Origin: Eledone cirrhosa
Lineage: Eukaryota
Direction: 5' to 3'
NCBI GenBank assembly: GCA_964016885.1
Contig: OZ024765.1
Span: 6,076,001-6,140,000, forward strand
DNA: 64,000 nt
How positions within the stretch are numbered: position 1 is the first letter of the stretch; the number at the start of each line of letters is the position of its first letter. The translations under genes were made by a program, and so were the position numbers. The notes under the pieces were generated by a model that was not told the DNA's origin, ran no database searches, and saw nothing but the letters and a program-made list of their open reading frames with translations. Below, piece by piece: positions 15,909 to 29,862 of the stretch.

Positions 15909-16291
15909 ATATATATATATATATATATATACAGGGGCGGACTAGGTCTAAACATATTGGTTGCCAGGGCGTGAAGGGGGCCCACCTACATATAGGATGC
16001 TATCATTTAATTTTTATAAATAAAGAGTGAGATCAGGAAGGAACGGAAAAAACAAACAGCACAGTACAATGAAGAAATATATGAGCTTAATGCATGATAT
16101 AGTAGGGAAAGAGTATTTACGTTTCGTGCATTAGTCCTTCATCAGAAGATTGAGTGATAAATAAAAGATGAAATAGACAAAGAGTGCGAAGAGGAAGGTA
16201 TGGAAAAAAAGGTTTTTGAGAGAAAAACACCTGTGTATTCCGTCAGCTACACGTGTGAGTGTTTGTATATTTACTTGTCTGTCTATCTGTT

Positions 16292-16628
16292 TGTGGAGAG
16301 AGAGGTACTGCACCCCAGTAAATTTACTGAAAGGTGGGTGAATGTGGCAAAAATGGTTCGAGTGATTGGGCCTTCTCTGTATATAAACCTGTAGGTTGAA
16401 GAAGAGAGCAAAAGGAAGAAAGGAGCACTTGCACAACACGCTCCTGAAATTGAGGGTTGTTCTATCTACGGGGTATTAAACAACCCATTTGTGGCACCTG
16501 CCCCCTATTGAAGATTTCGATTGTTAAATTTGTTTGTTTCAATATTTTTACACGATTGTATGTAAAATCCCCGACATGTCTTTGTTTTGTCCCCTTTTCT
16601 TGTGCGCCCTTGTGGCTAATAAAGAAAT
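16292..16628 (+). mobile_element. Tx1/L1 3' fragment inserted at a TCTATC site
   Basis: Near-identical to 1605-1950; a paralogous empty site is visible at 16780-16830. Confidence 0.85.
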
Positions 16629-16889
16629 ATATCTGTATATGTAGCTACCAGTCTGTCACTGGCTCCATCAGGAGTTACGTGCAATTTAAATACCCCTTAT
16701 AATCATTCAGGAAGGAACGGAAAAAAGGTTTTTGAGATTAAAACACGTGTGTATTCCGTCAGCTACACGTGTGAGTGTTTGTATATTTACTTGTCTGTCT
16801 ATCAGTCTATCTGTTTGTATAGCTATCTGTCACTACAGTGTCTCTTTAGTTCCATCGGGAGTAACGTATAGTTTAACTACCCCTATAAT

Positions 16890-17149
16890 CAGAGTGGGAT
16901 TTACGTATAAGCTAAACAAGCTATAGCTTAGGGCCCCCACTTTCTTGGAGCCCCGAAAAAATTGAAAAAAAACGGTGTGTACATTTCCAAAATATAAGAT
17001 AAAAAAGAACTAAAATAAAGCAATAGTTTTAAACAGTTTTCTGCTTTAATATTGAACGTTTTGCAGTTTTTATAACATTTTTTATAACATATAAAGGGCC
17101 CCATTATCTCAAATAGCTTAGGGCCTCATCAAATCTAAATCCGGCCCTG
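16890..17149. mobile_element. hAT-type MITE
   Basis: TIRs CAGAGTGGGATTTA / TAAATCCGGCCCTG; perfect 8-bp TSD CCTATAAT. Confidence 0.85.
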
Positions 17150-17367
17150 CCTATAATCATTCAGGATAAAGTGTGAGATCAGGATGGAATGGGGAAAAAT
17201 GGGTTTTGAGAAAAATAGACCTGTGTATGTTTGTGTATTTAATTATCAGTTCATCTGTCTGTCACTACAGACTCCCTATGTCTCCATCACAGGTTACGTA
17301 TATTTTAACTACACATCCCTGATATGTGTGAAACTAACGTTTCTCTGTCTCTCTTCTTCATTCTCAG

Positions 17368-17458
17368 GCAGCCGTTGTCACTGCATCTACTATGAAGTGT
17401 TACACACCATGTAACAACCCTGTACATATTCCAGGTACATGCTGTCCCTCCTGTGCTG
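17368..17458 (+). CDS. BMPER: BMPER exon, VWC2 C-half (AAVVTASTMKCYTPCNNPVHIPGTCCPSCAG)
   Basis: Polypyrimidine tract + ctcag|, G|gtaagt, 91 nt. Confidence 0.92.
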
Positions 17459-17510
17459 GTAAGTTATATATACACACCCATATACAACAAACACACACAC
17501 ACACATTATA

Positions 17511-17544
<34 letters not shown>

Positions 17545-17551
<7 letters not shown>

Positions 17552-18343
17552 AAAAAGGGATGAAATCGAAAATGCAACTGAAGTCTTATTTTAAAAAAAA
17601 TATATATATTTATTTGGTTCCTTTACCGGTTTCGCAGTTCTTCTGCTTTTCAAAAGGTGAGTTGAGATGGAGGGTCTGTGGTTTTTCTCACATCTGGTTG
17701 GTCTCTAAATGTTACTTGTTTTATATGGAAAAAGTGGCTCGAAAACCAGGTTTTTCGAGAAGTAATTTGATTGGTTTGTCAATAATTATAATAAATTTCG
17801 CGCCAGTTCGCGTTACAATAGTTCTTCAAATAAGAGAGGGGGGGGGGGGGGGGTTGTCACAGGTTGTTTTTTCATATATGAGTGTTTGAATTTCTTTTTA
17901 CTTGAAAAAAGCCTTCGTGAGCCTCATTTTTTCAAGTAAAAAGAAATTCAAACACTCATATATGAAAAAACAACCTGTGACAACCCCCCCCCCCCCTCTC
18001 TTATTTGAAGAACTATTGTAACGCGAACTGGCGCGAAATTTATTATAATTATTGACAAACCAATCAAATTACTTCTCGAAAAACCTGGTTTTCGAGCCAC
18101 TTTTTCCATATAAAACAAGTAACATTTAGAGACCAACCAGATGTGAGAAAAACCACAGACCCTCCATCTCAACTCACCTTTTGAAAAGCAGAAGAACTGC
18201 GAAACCGGTAAAGGAACCAAATAAATATATATTTTTAAAAAAAATAAGACTTCAGTTGCATTTTCGATTTCATCCCTTTTTCTTTATACTTCCACTCGTG
18301 TAGGACACCTCGGTTATTTTTCATTTTGTAAAAAAAACCTCAC

Positions 18344-18350
<7 letters not shown>
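17545..18350 (+). mobile_element. Palindromic Penelope-like element: about 365-bp arms, 16-nt loop, about 60-nt tail
   Basis: Arms 17545-17910 and 17927-18288 nearly perfect; hammerhead in each arm; (TA)n on both sides. Confidence 0.8.
18177..18214 (+). ncRNA. Minimal type I hammerhead ribozyme (U3-A8 variant)
   Basis: CCTT-TTGAAAA-GCAG aagaa CTGC-GAA-ACCGGT-A-AAGG: stem I CCTT/AAGG, stem II 4 bp, palindromic stem III; mirror copy at about 17619-17657 (-). Confidence 0.7.
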
Positions 18351-18383
<33 letters not shown>

Positions 18384-18480
18384 ATATATATATATATACG
18401 ATATTAATAAATGGAAACTAATGGTTCCATTTTAATAGGGTACGTCAAAGCTTATTTGTAAAACTGTTATATATTGTATT

Positions 18481-18537
18481 TTGTCTGATGAAGGCATACC
18501 ATAATTTAATTTGGTATCCCTGAAATATGTATAATGA
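18481..18537 (+). ncRNA. Hammerhead ribozyme motif in a Penelope-like element (18398-18670; relative at 24338-24505, minus strand)
   Basis: CTGATGA-AGGcATACCA...TGGTATcCCT-GAAATATGTATA; the paralogue has a different but still pairing stem II. Confidence 0.6.
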
Positions 18538-19502
18538 AATAAATATGGTTTTATAAATATAGTTTCCATTTATTAATATCGTATATCTACTCCAAATACT
18601 TGTCGAGTGCTTTAGATCAGTTATAAAAATATTTACTTGTTGTATCCCAACAATTTTAAATAGAACTTTTGCATATATATGTATATATATATATATATAT
18701 ATTACGTCAATACTCATCTTTTTCCATTTCTCCGAGGGTTCTTAACCCCACTATCAGGCTAAATAATTTCTTTAATTTCTTTAGTCAAAATACGGCGATA
18801 GCTTACATTTCTAATAATATATATATATATATATGTATATATGGATTGAGAGGAACGAGGTTGTGTGGTTACTGATCACAAGTGTTAGAAAGTTAAGGAA
18901 ACACAAACAAAAGATAGATATTTTCCCTTCATCAGTTGTCTACTACGGGTCCCGGATGTTTCAACGCGTTATAGACTATACATCTATCCGTAGCGCGCCC
19001 ATAACTTATTATCAATAAATTATGAGGGAAAGAAAAGACGAAAAAGAGGCAATAGCGAAGAGAGAGAGAAGGAAAGACACGTAAATATGTCAGATAATAG
19101 GAATTTCTCTGAAAATTGAAAAAATATGATAAACATCTTTACGTGATTTTCGGGTCTTATTGGACCCTCACTTCTTACTATATATATAAAGAATATAAAA
19201 AAACGACAAAAGATTAATAAAGATCATTATTAAAGTATTCAATAATCGATTTACAACTAACAATATATCCCATTCCTGCAAGAATAACTCATCAGAATCA
19301 ATCAAATAAAAATAAATTAAGCCTTACCTGTTTTAAAATTCCAGTCGGTCCTTAGAGATTGAGGTACTTCCCTATCCTGAAGGTGTCAGACATCTTCACA
19401 CAGTTTTATATATTAGGTTTGAACGGAGATTTGTTCGTTCCAGAAAATATATGAAATTGTTCCTGGGTCTGTTTGTACTGGCCACATTTATATCAGTGTC
19501 TC

Positions 19503-19701
19503 CAGTGTCAGATTTACGATTGTACTTAGGTGTGCTTAAGCACAGAGCTCCGTTAGCCAGGGGTGTGTGCGTGGGGGGGGGGGAGACCATCTTTCTGCCA
19601 ACCAATTTTTTTTTACGATGAATTTACGTCCTTCAGGGTCGAAGTAAGGGGCCTCATAAGTTAACTAACACAGGGCCTCATTTGTCCTAAATACGATCCT
19701 G
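19503..19701. mobile_element. hAT-type MITE
   Basis: CAGTGTCAGATTTA ... TAAATACGATCCTG ends; 6/8 matching TSD; related to 55142-55264. Confidence 0.6.
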
Positions 19702-19882
19702 AGTGGTTCACACAGAAAGTCCAGTTGTGGAGCTCCCATTGAAGTCTTCTTGTCTTCTCAAACATTGCATCAACCATGTCCTAAAATTTATAGTAGATCG
19801 GTTAGAAATTTGACATACAGTAATACCAAACGTACGTGTATGTATATGTATATATATGTATATATATATATATACACACAAA

Positions 19883-20220
<338 letters not shown>

Positions 20221-20429
20221 GATATGTTATCTCGGGTTCAATCGGGGATAACGACAGTAAGTAAGGTACTCAATACACAGCAGAGTATAAATATTTAATA
20301 TAGAAATGGTTTCTACAGGATTAGAACTTTCCTGATGATTTCCTTCGAATGAAACAGTTCTAGTCCTGTAGAAGCCATTTCTAAATTAAATATATATATA
20401 TATGTGTGTGTGTATATATATATATTTAT

Positions 20430-20632
20430 TAAAATAACAGATTAAAGTTTAAGCAAAGAATCGCTGCTTGACTTTGTTAGTTTCAGAAGATCCCGTTAAG
20501 GGTGAAAGCAGCGATTCTTTGCTTAAACTTTAATCTGTAATTTTAATAAATATTTGCTCTACGGTTCTTATATATTTGATACATATTTATCCTTATCGAG
20601 CCCTCTTTGGATTTCAGTCTTCAAATTTATTA
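20430..20632 (+). mobile_element. Penelope-like hairpin element (single-arm copy at 15135-15205)
   Basis: About 40-bp inverted arms; CAGAAGA-TCCC gttaa GGGT-GAAAG core; AATAAA; GCTC...GAGC tail; in (TA)n. Confidence 0.55.
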
Positions 20633-20902
20633 TTATATATATATATATATATATACGTACAATTTTGATTATTTTTAATTCTAATTATTTAAAATGTTCA
20701 TTTTTTGAAATTTAAATTTAAAATTTTCTTTTTTTCAATTTTAATTATTTAAACAATTTTAATTATTTAAATTTTTATTTTTCTAATTTTTTCTTTTTTT
20801 TTATTATTTTCTTTAAATTTTAATTTAAAAAAATTTAATTTTTTTTTTTTTTAATCTTAAAGTTTTTCCGATTTTTATTTGTTTATTTTATCATTGTTCC
20901 AG

Positions 20903-20985
20903 GTTGTACTTTTGGGGGGAAAATATTTAAAAATGGGGACATATTTAGCCCAGGAGGTGATCCCTGTATTGAATGCACTTGTAAG
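20903..20985 (+). CDS. BMPER: BMPER exon, VWC3 N-half (GCTFGGKIFKNGDIFSPGGDPCIECTCK)
   Basis: ttccag| ... AAG|gtaag, 83 nt. Confidence 0.92.
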
Positions 20986-21004
20986 GTAAGACATATCTAT
21001 TATA

Positions 21005-21650
21005 GTGTGTGTATGTGTGTGTGTGTGTGTGTGCCTGTGTGTGTATTATATATATATATTGTGTGTGTCAGTGAGTGTGTGTGTGTCAGTGAGTGTGTGT
21101 GTGCATTATATATATATATTGTGTGTGTGTCAGTGAGTGTGTGTGTGCATTATATATATATATTGTGTGTGTGTGTGTCAGTGAGTGTCATCATCATCAT
21201 CATCATCATCATCAACGTTTAACGTCCGTGTTCCACGCTTGCATGGGTTTGGACGGGGGTAGTCCCACTTGAGGCAAGAGTGATTGTCTTGCTCGCATAG
21301 GACTGTCTGGTGCATTATATATATATATTGTGTGTGTGTGTGTCAGTGAGTGTGTGTGTGCATTGCATATATATATTGTGTGTGTGTGTGTGTGTCAGTG
21401 AGTGTGTGTGTGTCAGTGAGTGTGTGTGTGTATTATATATATATATTGTGTGTGTGTGTGTTTCAGTGAGTGTGTGTATTATATATATATTGTGTGTGTG
21501 TGTGTCAGTGAGTGTGTGTGTGTATTATATATATATATTGTGTCTGTGTGTGTCAGTGAGTGTGTGTGTTATATATATATTGTGTGTGTGTTTGTCAGTG
21601 AGTGGGTGTGGGTGTGTGTGTGGGTGTGGAGGGGTATATGTGTGTGTGTG
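21005..21650. repeat. Compound (TG)n/(TA)n/TCAGTGAG repeat
   Basis: Direct reading. Confidence 0.85.
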
Positions 21651-21914
21651 AGACAATGTATCTGTGTGTATGTGGAATGCTCAGTCACTTACACCATAAT
21701 ACAACATAATCTCTGCCTATAATTCAAAAGGCCAGCCATGTCACAGACAAACACATGCTGAATCTCCCTGAGAATTACGTTAAGTGCACACACGTATGTA
21801 TGTGTATGTATGTCGTGTGTTGTGTGGAATACTTGGCTAAGTAAGCCAAGTAAAATCATCAACTTCTCAAGACATATTGACTAATCCCTTGTGATGATGG
21901 TTCTGTCTTCTCAG

Positions 21915-22014
21915 AAAGGGAGCATCTCGTGTGAGAAGAGGGCATGTCCCACCATGAATTGTCCGTTGGACCGGATCTACCTACCTGAAGGGAGCTGCTG
22001 TCATAAATGTAAAG
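21915..22014 (+). CDS. BMPER: BMPER exon, VWC3 C-half (KGSISCEKRACPTMNCP...CCHKCKG)
   Basis: tctcag| ... G|gtaggt, 100 nt. Confidence 0.92.
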
Positions 22015-22055
22015 GTAGGTTGCTATTTCATCAGACAGAACATTTCCACTGAATC

Positions 22056-22695
<640 letters not shown>

Positions 22696-23059
22696 CGGTG
22701 CCCGTCTTTTTCATTTCAGAGGTTTTCATGTCTCACTATTAGACTATTTTCTTTAGTAAAAAATATGGCGAAAATTCCTAATTCTAATTCAGTTTCATAT
22801 ACACAGGTTGATTGGGTGATTACCACAACAGGGGTCTGACAAGCTTTTGATGCCACAGTTGGGCCAGATCAATACAGATCCAACCTTGAGCTGATCAATA
22901 GCGAAACACGCGTCACCAATCAATACACTTGTTTAGCTCTACACCTCGCTACAGACAGGAAACTACACATCGAGTAATCACCTGGGTGAACCTACAGTAA
23001 CTTCATGTTACACTCCCTGGATATATATATATATAATACAAGGACGATTTGTTAAGCCT

Positions 23060-23575
23060 TCATCATCATCATCACCATTTTACGTCTGCTTTTCACTGCT
23101 TGCAAGGGTGGGACGGGTCTTATTCAGCACAGCATCTCTCCACTTGTCACGGTCCTTCGTCATCTCCACCGTGAGCTTCAGCAATCTGAGGTCTGTTCTC
23201 ACCACCTCCGCCCATGTTTATCGTGGTCTACCTCTACCACGTCTTCCTTCAACTGGCATTTCCTGGCACTTCTTCATCCATCGGTCATCCTCCATGCGCA
23301 TCACATGTCCATACCACCGCAGTCTCCTCTCTCGCACACTACATTCTATCCCTCTCAGACACAGTTTCTCTCTCAACACATTCATGCTCGGTCGTTCACA
23401 CACATTTACACTGCACATCCAACGGAGCATGCTTGCCTCATTTCTCTCCAGCCGTCACATATCCTCTGCAGTTGCTGCCCAAGTCTCACTACCATGCAGC
23501 ATCGCGCTCCTCACACAGGCATCATATAACCGGCCTTTCGTACGCAGGGAGAAACCCTTCACAGCAGAGGTCCGA
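23060..23575 (-). mobile_element. RTE-clade LINE 3' fragment
   Basis: MLRWMC...RRLRWYGHVMRM...VEGRRGRGRPR; (TGA)n tail. Confidence 0.85.
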
Positions 23576-23607
23576 TGAACTTATATACTTATACACTCTC
23601 TATATAT

Positions 23608-23960
23608 CATCATCATCATCATCATCATCAGGTTTAGCGTCCGTGTTCCACGCTTGCATGGGTTTGGACGGGGGTTTTCCCACTTGAGGCAAGAGTGGTT
23701 GTCTTGCTCGCATAGGACTGTCTGGCGGGTTTTCTACAGTTGGATGCCCTTCCTAACACCAACCACATTTACAGTGTGGGGCTGGGAGGTTTTTACCGTG
23801 TTGCCTACACGGCCACATTACAGCGTGGACTGTCTGGCGGGTTTTCTACAGCTGGATGCCCTTCCTAACACCAACCACATTTACAGTGTGGGGCTGGGAG
23901 GTTTTTACCGTGTTGCCTACACGGCCACATTTACAGCGTGGACTGTGTGTTTTTTGTCGT
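23608..23960 (-). mobile_element. SINE/RTE-tail fragment with internal about 118-bp duplication (short copies 21190-21310, 24205-24315)
   Basis: Shared CGTCCGTGTTCCACGCTTGCATGGGTTTGGACGG end with (CAT)n. Confidence 0.65.
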
Positions 23961-24945
23961 GACACCTACACGATCTCATTTGTTTCGGCCTGGATGTTGT
24001 GGGACCAACATAACTTTACATTGAAAGGGGCGGTGTGGGTGGGGTGGAGGTGGTGGGACGGGGGTGTGTTTTGATAGAGGTGCCTACTGACTGTAGTAGG
24101 TTTTTACTTTGTATTTAGGTAAGGCGGGTCTTCTCTATTACTGAGTACCGCCAAAGGTCTCGGTCCAGTGACATTGTGACATTGATATATATATATATAT
24201 CATCATCCATCATCATCATCATCGTTTAACGTCCATCTTCCACGCTTGCATGGGTTTGGACGGGAGTTTTCCCACTTGAGGCAAGATTGGTTGTCTTGCT
24301 CGTATAGTACTGTCTATATATATATTATATATATCAATGATATTAATAAATGGAAACTATATTTATAAAACCATATTTATTCTACTGTATATATTTCAAG
24401 GGTACCAAAACTTTAGTACGCTCTCATCAGATAAAATACAAAGTTTGTTTTATAAATAGTGACATACCCAGGAATATATACAATAGAATAAATATAGTTT
24501 CCATTGGTCGTGGAGGGGCTACGGCAAAAAAGCACCCAGCACTCACTGTAAATGAGGTTGGTGTTAGGAAGGGCATCCAGCTGTAGAAATCAAGCCAGAT
24601 CAGTTCCCGTCCCACCCTTGCAAGCAGGGAAAAGCAGACGTAAAATGAAATGATGATGATGATATAATTATTTCTACTTTTGGCACAAGGCCAGCGATTA
24701 CCCAGTGCATTACTGGTACTTTATTTTATCAACCCCGTAAGGATGAAAGGCAAAGTTAACATCAGCGGGATTTGAATTCAGAATGGCAAGGGCCGTAACT
24801 CTATGCTGCAATGCATGGCGTCCGGCCCTCTACCGATACTGCCAATCCACTGCTCTGATGATGATGATATAATGATACAATGACACCCTCCGAAAATGAT
24901 TTTAAAAAATATTAAATAAAAGAAAAGTTATTTTGTCTATTTCAG

Positions 24946-25052
24946 GATCTCGCAAGATTTATGATGTCTCTTTAGTCTGTTTCTTCCGAAACAAGATTTA
25001 CACCAACTCCAAACACATACGTGCAGACAACTGCACCGACTGCACGTGTATG
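24946..25052 (+). CDS. BMPER: BMPER exon, VWC4 N-half (GSRKIYDVSLVCFFRNKIY...DNCTDCTCM)
   Basis: tttcag| ... ATG|gtaagt, 107 nt; resembles the vertebrate BMPER RKVFD...DNCT.CTC segment (from memory). Confidence 0.92.
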
Positions 25053-26054
25053 GTAAGTGCATGCGTTACACCTGCTACATGTTTCTATAACAACCACTGT
25101 CTATAGTAGAGGTCATCAACCGCCGACCTGCGGGCCACATTCGGTCCGCAAAGGATTTTTGTCCAGCCCGCCAACAGGTTTCCATCTTAGGCTAAGCAAT
25201 CCCTGAAAAGTTGGTCTGAATTATTTGGGATTAGAATAGAGTGTAGAGAAGATGTCTAGCCACAAGACTGGCTGAGCTGAACGTAATCTTTTGCATGACA
25301 TTAACAAACTATCAAACTCAGAAGCAATATGTATACCTACACCACCACCATCACCTACACCACCACCACCACCTGCCCTACCACCACCACCACCTACACC
25401 GCCATCTATACCACCACCACCACCACCTGCCCTACCACCACCACCATCTACACCACCACCACCACCACCTACACCATCACCACCACCACCACCACCACCA
25501 CCTGCCCTACCACCACCACCACCTACACTGCCATCTACACCACCACCACCTACACCATCACCACCACCACCACCTGCCCTACCACCACCACCACCTACAC
25601 CGCCATCTATACCACCACCACCACCACCTGCCCTACCACCACCACCACCTACACTGCCATCTACACCACCACCACCACCACCTACACCGCCATCTATGCC
25701 ACCACCACCACCTACACCATCACCACCACCACCTACACCACCATCACCACCTGCCCTACCACCACCACCACCACCTACACCACCATCTATACCACCACCA
25801 CCACCTACACCACCATCTATACCACCACCACCACCACCTACACCACCTACACCACCTGCCCTACCACCACCACCATCACTACCATCACCAACACCACTTG
25901 CACTACCACCAACACCACCTGCACTACCACCAACACCAACAACAACAACACTACCACCAACAACACCACCACCACCAACAACAACAACACTACCACCAAC
26001 ACCACCACCACCACCAACAACAACAACCTCTCTATTTCCAATATTTCATTACAG

Positions 26055-26198
26055 GAGGGTACCATGGTGTGTACCAGCCCCACATGCCCTGTCCTTATAT
26101 GTCCGGCAGGGCAACAATACACCCCACCTGGCACCTGTTGCCCCAAATGTCGAATAAAACCAAGAAAGGAATGCCACTATAAAGGACACATACAAATG
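26055..26198 (+). CDS. BMPER: BMPER exon, VWC4 C-half and VWC5 start (EGTMVCTSPTCPVLICP...CCPKCR...CHYKGHIQM)
   Basis: ttacag| ... ATG|gtaag, 144 nt. Confidence 0.92.
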
Positions 26199-26276
26199 GT
26201 AAGAAACATTTATCTATAGTAATCGACTGTGTTTACAGTTATTTCGTGTATCATGATCATCATCATCATTATGGAT

Positions 26277-28678
26277 TTAACCCTTTAGCATTTACATTAT
26301 ATATACTATTGTATTTTCACAGTAAAGGCTTTACCTCATATAATATCTCACATAACATTTACATTACTCTATAAATACTATTGTATTTTCACAGTAAAGG
26401 CTTTACCTCACATAATATCTCACATAACATTTACATTACTCTATAAATACTATTGTATTTTCACAGTAAAGGCTTTACCTCACATAATATCTCACATAAC
26501 ATTTACATTACTCTATAAATACTATTGTATTTTCACAGTAAAGGCTTTACCTCACATAACATTTACATTACTCTATATATACTATTGTATTTTCACAGTA
26601 AAGGCTTTACCTCATATAATATCTCACATAACATTTACATTACTCTATATATACTATTGTATTTTCACAGTAAAGGCTTTACCTCACATAATATCTCACA
26701 TAACATTTACATTACACTATATATACTATTGTATTTTCATGGTAAAGGCTTTACCTCACATAATATCTCACATAACATTTACATTACTCTATATATACTA
26801 TTGTACTGTCACAGTAAAGGCTTTACCTCACATAATATCTCACATAACATTTACATTGCTCTATATATACTATTCTATTTTCACAGTAAAGGCTTTACCT
26901 CACATAATATCTCACATAACATTTACATTACACTATATATACTATTGTATTTTCACAGTAAAGGTTTACCTCACATAACATTTACATTACTCTATATATA
27001 CTATTGTATTTTCATGGTAAAGGCTTTACCTCACATAATATCTCACATAACATTTACATTACTCTATATATACTATTGTATTTTCACGGTAAAGGCTTTA
27101 CCTCACATAATATCTCACATAACATTTACATTACTCTATATATACTATTGTATTTTCACAGTAAAGGCTTTACCTCACATAATATCTCACATAACATTTA
27201 CATTACTCTATATATACTATTGTATTTTCACAGTAAAGGCTTTACCTCACATAATATCTCACATAACATTTACATTACTCTATATATACTATTGTATTTT
27301 CACAGTAAAGGCTTTACCTCACATAATATCTCACATAACATTTACATTACTCTATATATACTATTGTATTTTCACAGTAAAGGCTTTACCTCACATAATA
27401 TCTCACATAACATTTACATTACTCTATATATACTATTGTATTTTCACAGTAAAGGCTTTACCTCATATATCTCACATAACATTTACATTACTCTATATAT
27501 ACTATTGTATTTTCACGGTAAAGGCTTTACCTCACATAATATCTCACATAACATTTACATTACTCTATAAATACTATTGTATTTTCACAGTAAAGGCTTT
27601 ACCTCACATAATATCTCACATAACATTTACATTACTCTATAAATACTATTGTATTTTCACAGTAAAGGCTTTACCTCACATAACATTTACATTACTCTAT
27701 ATATACTATTGTATTTTCACAGTAAAGGCTTTACCTCATATAATATCTCACATAACATTTACATTACTCTATATATACTATTGTATTTTCACAGTAAAGG
27801 CTTTACCTCACATAATATCTCACATAACATTTACATTACACTATATATACTATTGTATTTTCATGGTAAAGGCTTTACCTCACATAATATCTCACATAAC
27901 ATTTACATTACTCTATATATACTATTGTACTGTCACAGTAAAGGCTTTACCTCACATAATATCTCACATAACATTTACATTACTCTATATATACTATTCT
28001 ATTTTCACAGTAAAGGCTTTACCTCACATAATATCTCACATAACATTTACATTACACTATATATACTATTGTATTTTCACAGTAAAGGTTTACCTCACAT
28101 AATTATCTCACATAACATTTACATTACTCTATATATACTATTGTATTTTCACAGTAAAGGCTTTACCTCACATAATATCTCACATAACATTTACATTACT
28201 CTATATATACTATTGTATTTTCACAGTAAAGGCTTTACCTCACATAATATCTCACATAACATTTACATTACTCTATATATACTATTGTATTTTCACAGTA
28301 AAGGCTTTACCTTACATAATATCTCACATAACATTTACATTACTCTATATATACTATTGTATTTTCATGGTAAAGGCTTTACCTCACATAATATCTCACA
28401 TAACATTTACATTACTCTATATATACTATTGTATTTTCACAGTAAAGGCTTTACCTCACATAATACCTCACATAACATTTACATTACTCTATATATACTA
28501 TTGTATTTTCATGGTAAAGGCTTTACCTCACATAATATTGAATATATGAGATTTTGATATTATTTATTTTGAGAACAATACCTAAACAACAGTATGAGTG
28601 GCTAGTTGTAGCCAGTTTGAACAGAAAGAGGTGAGAGAATTCTGGCCAGATATGCCCGTTTAAATGCTAAAGAGTTAA
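26277..28678. mobile_element. TTAA/piggyBac-type MITE carrying about 31 tandem copies of a 72-bp unit
   Basis: TTAA-CCCTTTAGCATTTA ... TAAATGCTAAAGAG-TTAA ends; array 26290-28540. Confidence 0.85.
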
Positions 28679-28899
28679 CATCCATTTTCCTCACTAGCAT
28701 GGGTAAAACAAGCTACCCCATTGCGAGATACACCAGATCAGATGACCGTGTCTTGCTCCTATAGAACTGATCTTAGCTAGTTTCTACAGCTGGATGCCCT
28801 CCCTGGTGCCAACTACTTTACAGTGTGGGCTGCGAGCTCTTTGTCTCAGTTTCATATAATCAACTGTGTTTACAGTTATTCCTGTGTCACAGTTTCTTA

Positions 28900-29235
28900 T
28901 GATAATGATGATGATGATGATGGTAGTGTAGGTGGTGATGATGATGGTGGTGATGGTGATGGTGGTGATGGTGGTGATGATGATGATAGTGATGAATGTG
29001 CTGATGATGATGGGGAGGATGATGATGATGGTGATGATGATGATGATGGTTGTGTAGGTGGTGATGATGATGGCGGTGATGATGATGGTAGTGTACTGTA
29101 GGTGGTGATGATGATGATGATGGTAGTGTAGGTGGTGATGATGATGATGATGATGGTAATGGTGGTGTGATGTTGATGATGATGATGATGATAACGATGA
29201 TGATGATGATGATGATGACGATGATGATGATGATA
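28900..29235. repeat. (GAT/GGT)n microsatellite
   Basis: Direct reading. Confidence 0.9.
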
Positions 29236-29262
29236 ATTGACTAATCTCTTCTTCCTACTCAG

Positions 29263-29367
29263 CATGGTGACAAATGGCGTCGAGACGTATGTACAATGTG
29301 TGAGTGTCGAGATGGCCATGTTCAATGTATGATGGAAGAGTGTAACAACACACTGAAATGTCCTAAA
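29263..29367 (+). CDS. BMPER: BMPER exon, VWC5 (HGDKWRRDVCTMCECRDGHVQC...CPK)
   Basis: ctcag| ... AAA|gtaagt, 105 nt. Confidence 0.92.
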
Positions 29368-29536
29368 GTAAGTACCTAGAGAACTACCTGACTGTGTGTG
29401 CTTACACACTTCTACAAATTATTCCCTGTCATTGTTTCATATGTTTATTTTATATATATATACACATATATATATATATACATGGAAAAGTAAGAAATCG
29501 GAGAATAGACCGGTTAAACATGTTTATTTAAAACAG

Positions 29537-29575
29537 CACCTACGTACGTTTCGCCCAGTTGGGCTTCTCAAGGGC
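29537..29575 (-). ncRNA. Minimal hammerhead ribozyme (U3-A8 variant)
   Basis: rc: CC-TTGAGAA-GCCC aact GGGC-GAA-ACGTACGT-A-GG, followed by AATAAA then (TA)n. Confidence 0.65.
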
Positions 29576-29822
29576 ATAAATAACCAAAAGTGTTCCTTAC
29601 ATTGCTCGGAAAGAGTTTTGGGGGTTAAATCCACGTCAAGGTTCATTGCTCGCAAAAATAGCTTGTTTTGATTTTGCTAACTCTCTAGCCCACTAAATAT
29701 TAACACTTCGAATATTTAATACTGCTGGCACTAGTATCGAGCACCTTTGGCATACGCTACTTAGCAAATAACTATATGTATCACCTATCCTCCCCTTTTT
29801 TCTCTCTCTTGATACGTAAATA

Positions 29823-29862
<40 letters not shown>

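Noticed and set aside
17392-18220. Two identical ORFs on opposite strands (VPLPVSQFFCFSKGEL...)
   Set aside because: Consequence of the DNA palindrome; not protein-like.
25291-26219. Pro/His/Thr-rich ORFs suggesting a mucin or extensin-like insert in BMPER
   Set aside because: (CCA)n microsatellite open in all three frames; a clean acceptor at 26054 and VWC continuity exclude it.
26525-28557. Long repetitive ORFs in the 72-bp arrays (also 43339-47414)
   Set aside because: Unit length is a multiple of 3 and lies inside a MITE; no coding signature.
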